Of a DNA stretch of 64,000 nucleotides, positions 61,857 to 64,000 are shown one piece after another. The stretch lies in assembly GCA_038087875.1 (NCBI GenBank), contig CM075998.1:6388001-6452000 (forward strand), written 5' to 3'. This stretch comes from Malacoraja senta (lineage: Eukaryota). Made by a program: the position numbers and the translations under genes. The number at the start of each line of letters is the position of its first letter. The stretch's first letter is position 1. The notes beneath the pieces are model-generated. The model made no database searches, was not told the origin of the DNA, and saw only the letters and a program-made list of their open reading frames with translations.

Positions 61857-64000
61857 TATAGAAACATAGAAAATAGGTGCAGGAGGAGGCCATTCGGCCC
61901 TTCGAGCCAGCACCGCCATTCATTGTGATCATGGCTGATCGTCCCCAATCAATAACCCGTGCCTGCCTTCTCCCCATATCCCTTGATTCCACTAGCCCCT
62001 AGAGCTCTATCTAACTCTCTCTTAAATCCATCCAGTGATTTGGCCTCCATGCCATCTGTGGCAGGGAATTCCACAAATTCACAACTCTCTGGGTGAGAAA
62101 GTTTTTTCTCACCTCAGTCTTAAATGGCCTCCCCTTTATTCTAAGTGTGGCCCCTGGTTCTGGACTCGCCCAACATTGGGAACATTTTTCCTGTATCTAG
62201 CTTGTCCAGTCCTTTTATAATTGTATATGTTTCTATAAGATATCCCCTCATCCTTCTAAACTCCAGTGAATACAAGCCTAGTCTTTCCTCATATGGCAGT
62301 CCCGCCATCCCAGGGATCAATCTCGTGAACCTACGCTGCACTGCCTCAATCACAAGGATGTCCTTCCTCAAATTAGGAGACCAAAACTGTACACAGTACT
62401 CCAGATGTGGTCTCACCAGAGCCCTATACAACTGCAGAAGAACCTCTTTACTCCTATACTGAAATCCTCTTGTTATAAAGGCCAACATTCCATTAGCTTT
62501 CTTCACTGCCTGCTGTACCTGCACGCCAACTTTCAGTGACTGGTGTACAAGGACACTCAGGTCTCGCTGCACCTCCCCCTTACCGAACCTAACCCCATTG
62601 AGATAATAATCTGCCCCCTTGTTCTTGCCGCCAAAGTGGATAACCTCACATTTATCTATATTATACTGCATCTGCCACGCATCTGCCCACTCATTCAACC
62701 TGTCCAGGTCACCCTGCAACCTCCTAACATCCTCTTCACAGTTCACACTGCCACCCAGCTTTGGGTCATCCGCAAACTTGCTAGTGTTGCTCCTAATTCT
62801 CTCTTCCAAATCATTAATATATATGGTAAATAGTTGCGGCCCTAACACAGAGCCTTGCGGCACTCGGAATAAGGAGTAAGCCATTTAGAACGGAGACGAG
62901 GAAACACATTTTCTCACAGAGAGTGGTGAGTCTGTGGAATACTCTGCCTCAGAGGGCGGTGGAGGCAGGTTCTCTGGATGCTTTCAAGAGAGAGCTAGAT
63001 AGGGCTCTTAAAAATAGCGGAGTCAGGGGATATGGGGAGAGGGCAGGAACGGGGTACTGATTGGGGATGATCAGCCATGATCACATTGAACGGCGGTGCT
63101 GGCTCGAAGGGCCGAATGGCCTACTCCTATTGTCTATTGTCCACTCGCCACTGCCTGCCATTCTGAAAAAGACCCGTTCACTCTTACTCTTTGCTTCCTG
63201 TCTGCCAACCAATTTTCTATCCATGTCAACACCCTACCCCAAATACCATGTGCTCTAATTTTAGTCACCTGTCTCCCGTGCTGGACCTTATCAAAGGCTT
63301 TCTGAAAGTCTAGATACACTACATCCACTGGCACCCCTTCATCCATTTTACTTGTCACATCCTCAAAAAATTCCAGAAGATTAGTCAAGCAGGATTTTCC
63401 TTTCATAAATCCATGTTGACTTGGACTAATCCTTTTACTGCTATCCAAATGCCCCATTATTACCTCTTTAATAATTGACTCCAGCATCTTTCCCACCACC
63501 AAAGTCAGGCTAATTGGTCTGTAATTCCCCATTTTCTCTCTCGCTCCTTTCTTGAAAAGTGGGATAACATTAGCTATCCTCCAATCCACAGGAACTGATC
63601 CTGAATCTATTGAACATTGGAAAATGATCACTAATGCGTCCACTATTTCTAGAGCCACCTCCCTGAGGACCCTGGGATGCAGTCCATCTGGCCCAGAAGA
63701 TTTATCATCCTTCAGTCCCATTAGCCTACCCAATACTATTTCTCGCCTAATGAAAATTTCTCTCAGTTCCTCTACCCCCTTAGATCCTCTGTCCTCCAGT
63801 ACATCTGGAAGATTGTTTGTGTCTTCCTTAGTGAAGACAGATCCGAAGTACCTGTTCAACTCATCTGCCATTTCCTTGTTACCCATAATAATTTCACCCA
63901 TGTCTGCCTTCAAGGGACTCACATTTGACTTTGCTACTCTTTTTCCCTTAACATATCTAAAGAAGCTTTTACTGTCCTTCTTTATATTCCTGGCCAGCTT
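61857..64000 (-). mobile_element. HER1/CR1-like LINE, long RT-containing copy running off the window
   Basis: ORFs 63134-63922 (GPDGLHPRVL, NYRPISLT, QHGF, LDFQKAFD) and 62141-62865 (VPQGSVLGP, FADD); (TTTCTATG)n tail near 61857. Confidence 0.95.
62866..63140 (+). mobile_element. CR1/HER1 3' fragment nested in opposite orientation inside the LINE above
   Basis: Splits ...QAVASG | VPQGSV...; ends in a CTATTGT repeat tail. Confidence 0.88.

Overview
Vertebrate genomic DNA, very probably from a cartilaginous fish (skate or ray), judging from HE1-type V-SINEs, HER1/CR1 LINEs and abundant Penelope-derived repeats; the organism is inferred. Two 200-N gaps (17635-17834, 51164-51363) split the window into three contigs. 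Contig 1 holds one internal exon of SH3RF3 (- strand) and a decayed Ty3/Gypsy element. Contigs 2-3 hold, on the - strand, an IGF-binding protein gene followed by the first seven coding exons of SOAT2/ACAT2, reproducing the mammalian IGFBP6-SOAT2 gene order. The IGFBP has an IGFBP6-like C-domain but keeps the full 12-Cys N-domain with GCGCCxxC and has an apparent 63-aa C-terminal extension. Other points of interest: minimal hammerhead-ribozyme-like cores in Penelope-derived repeats; a Harbinger-shelled foldback element with nested inverted repeats and TTAGGG tracts; a non-autonomous DNA transposon with 7-bp TSDs (2 copies); an IR/DR Tc1; a perfect 58-bp hairpin upstream of the IGFBP; several minisatellites; and a probable scaffold mis-join at the first gap. 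No database search could be run, so family names come from recalled motifs.
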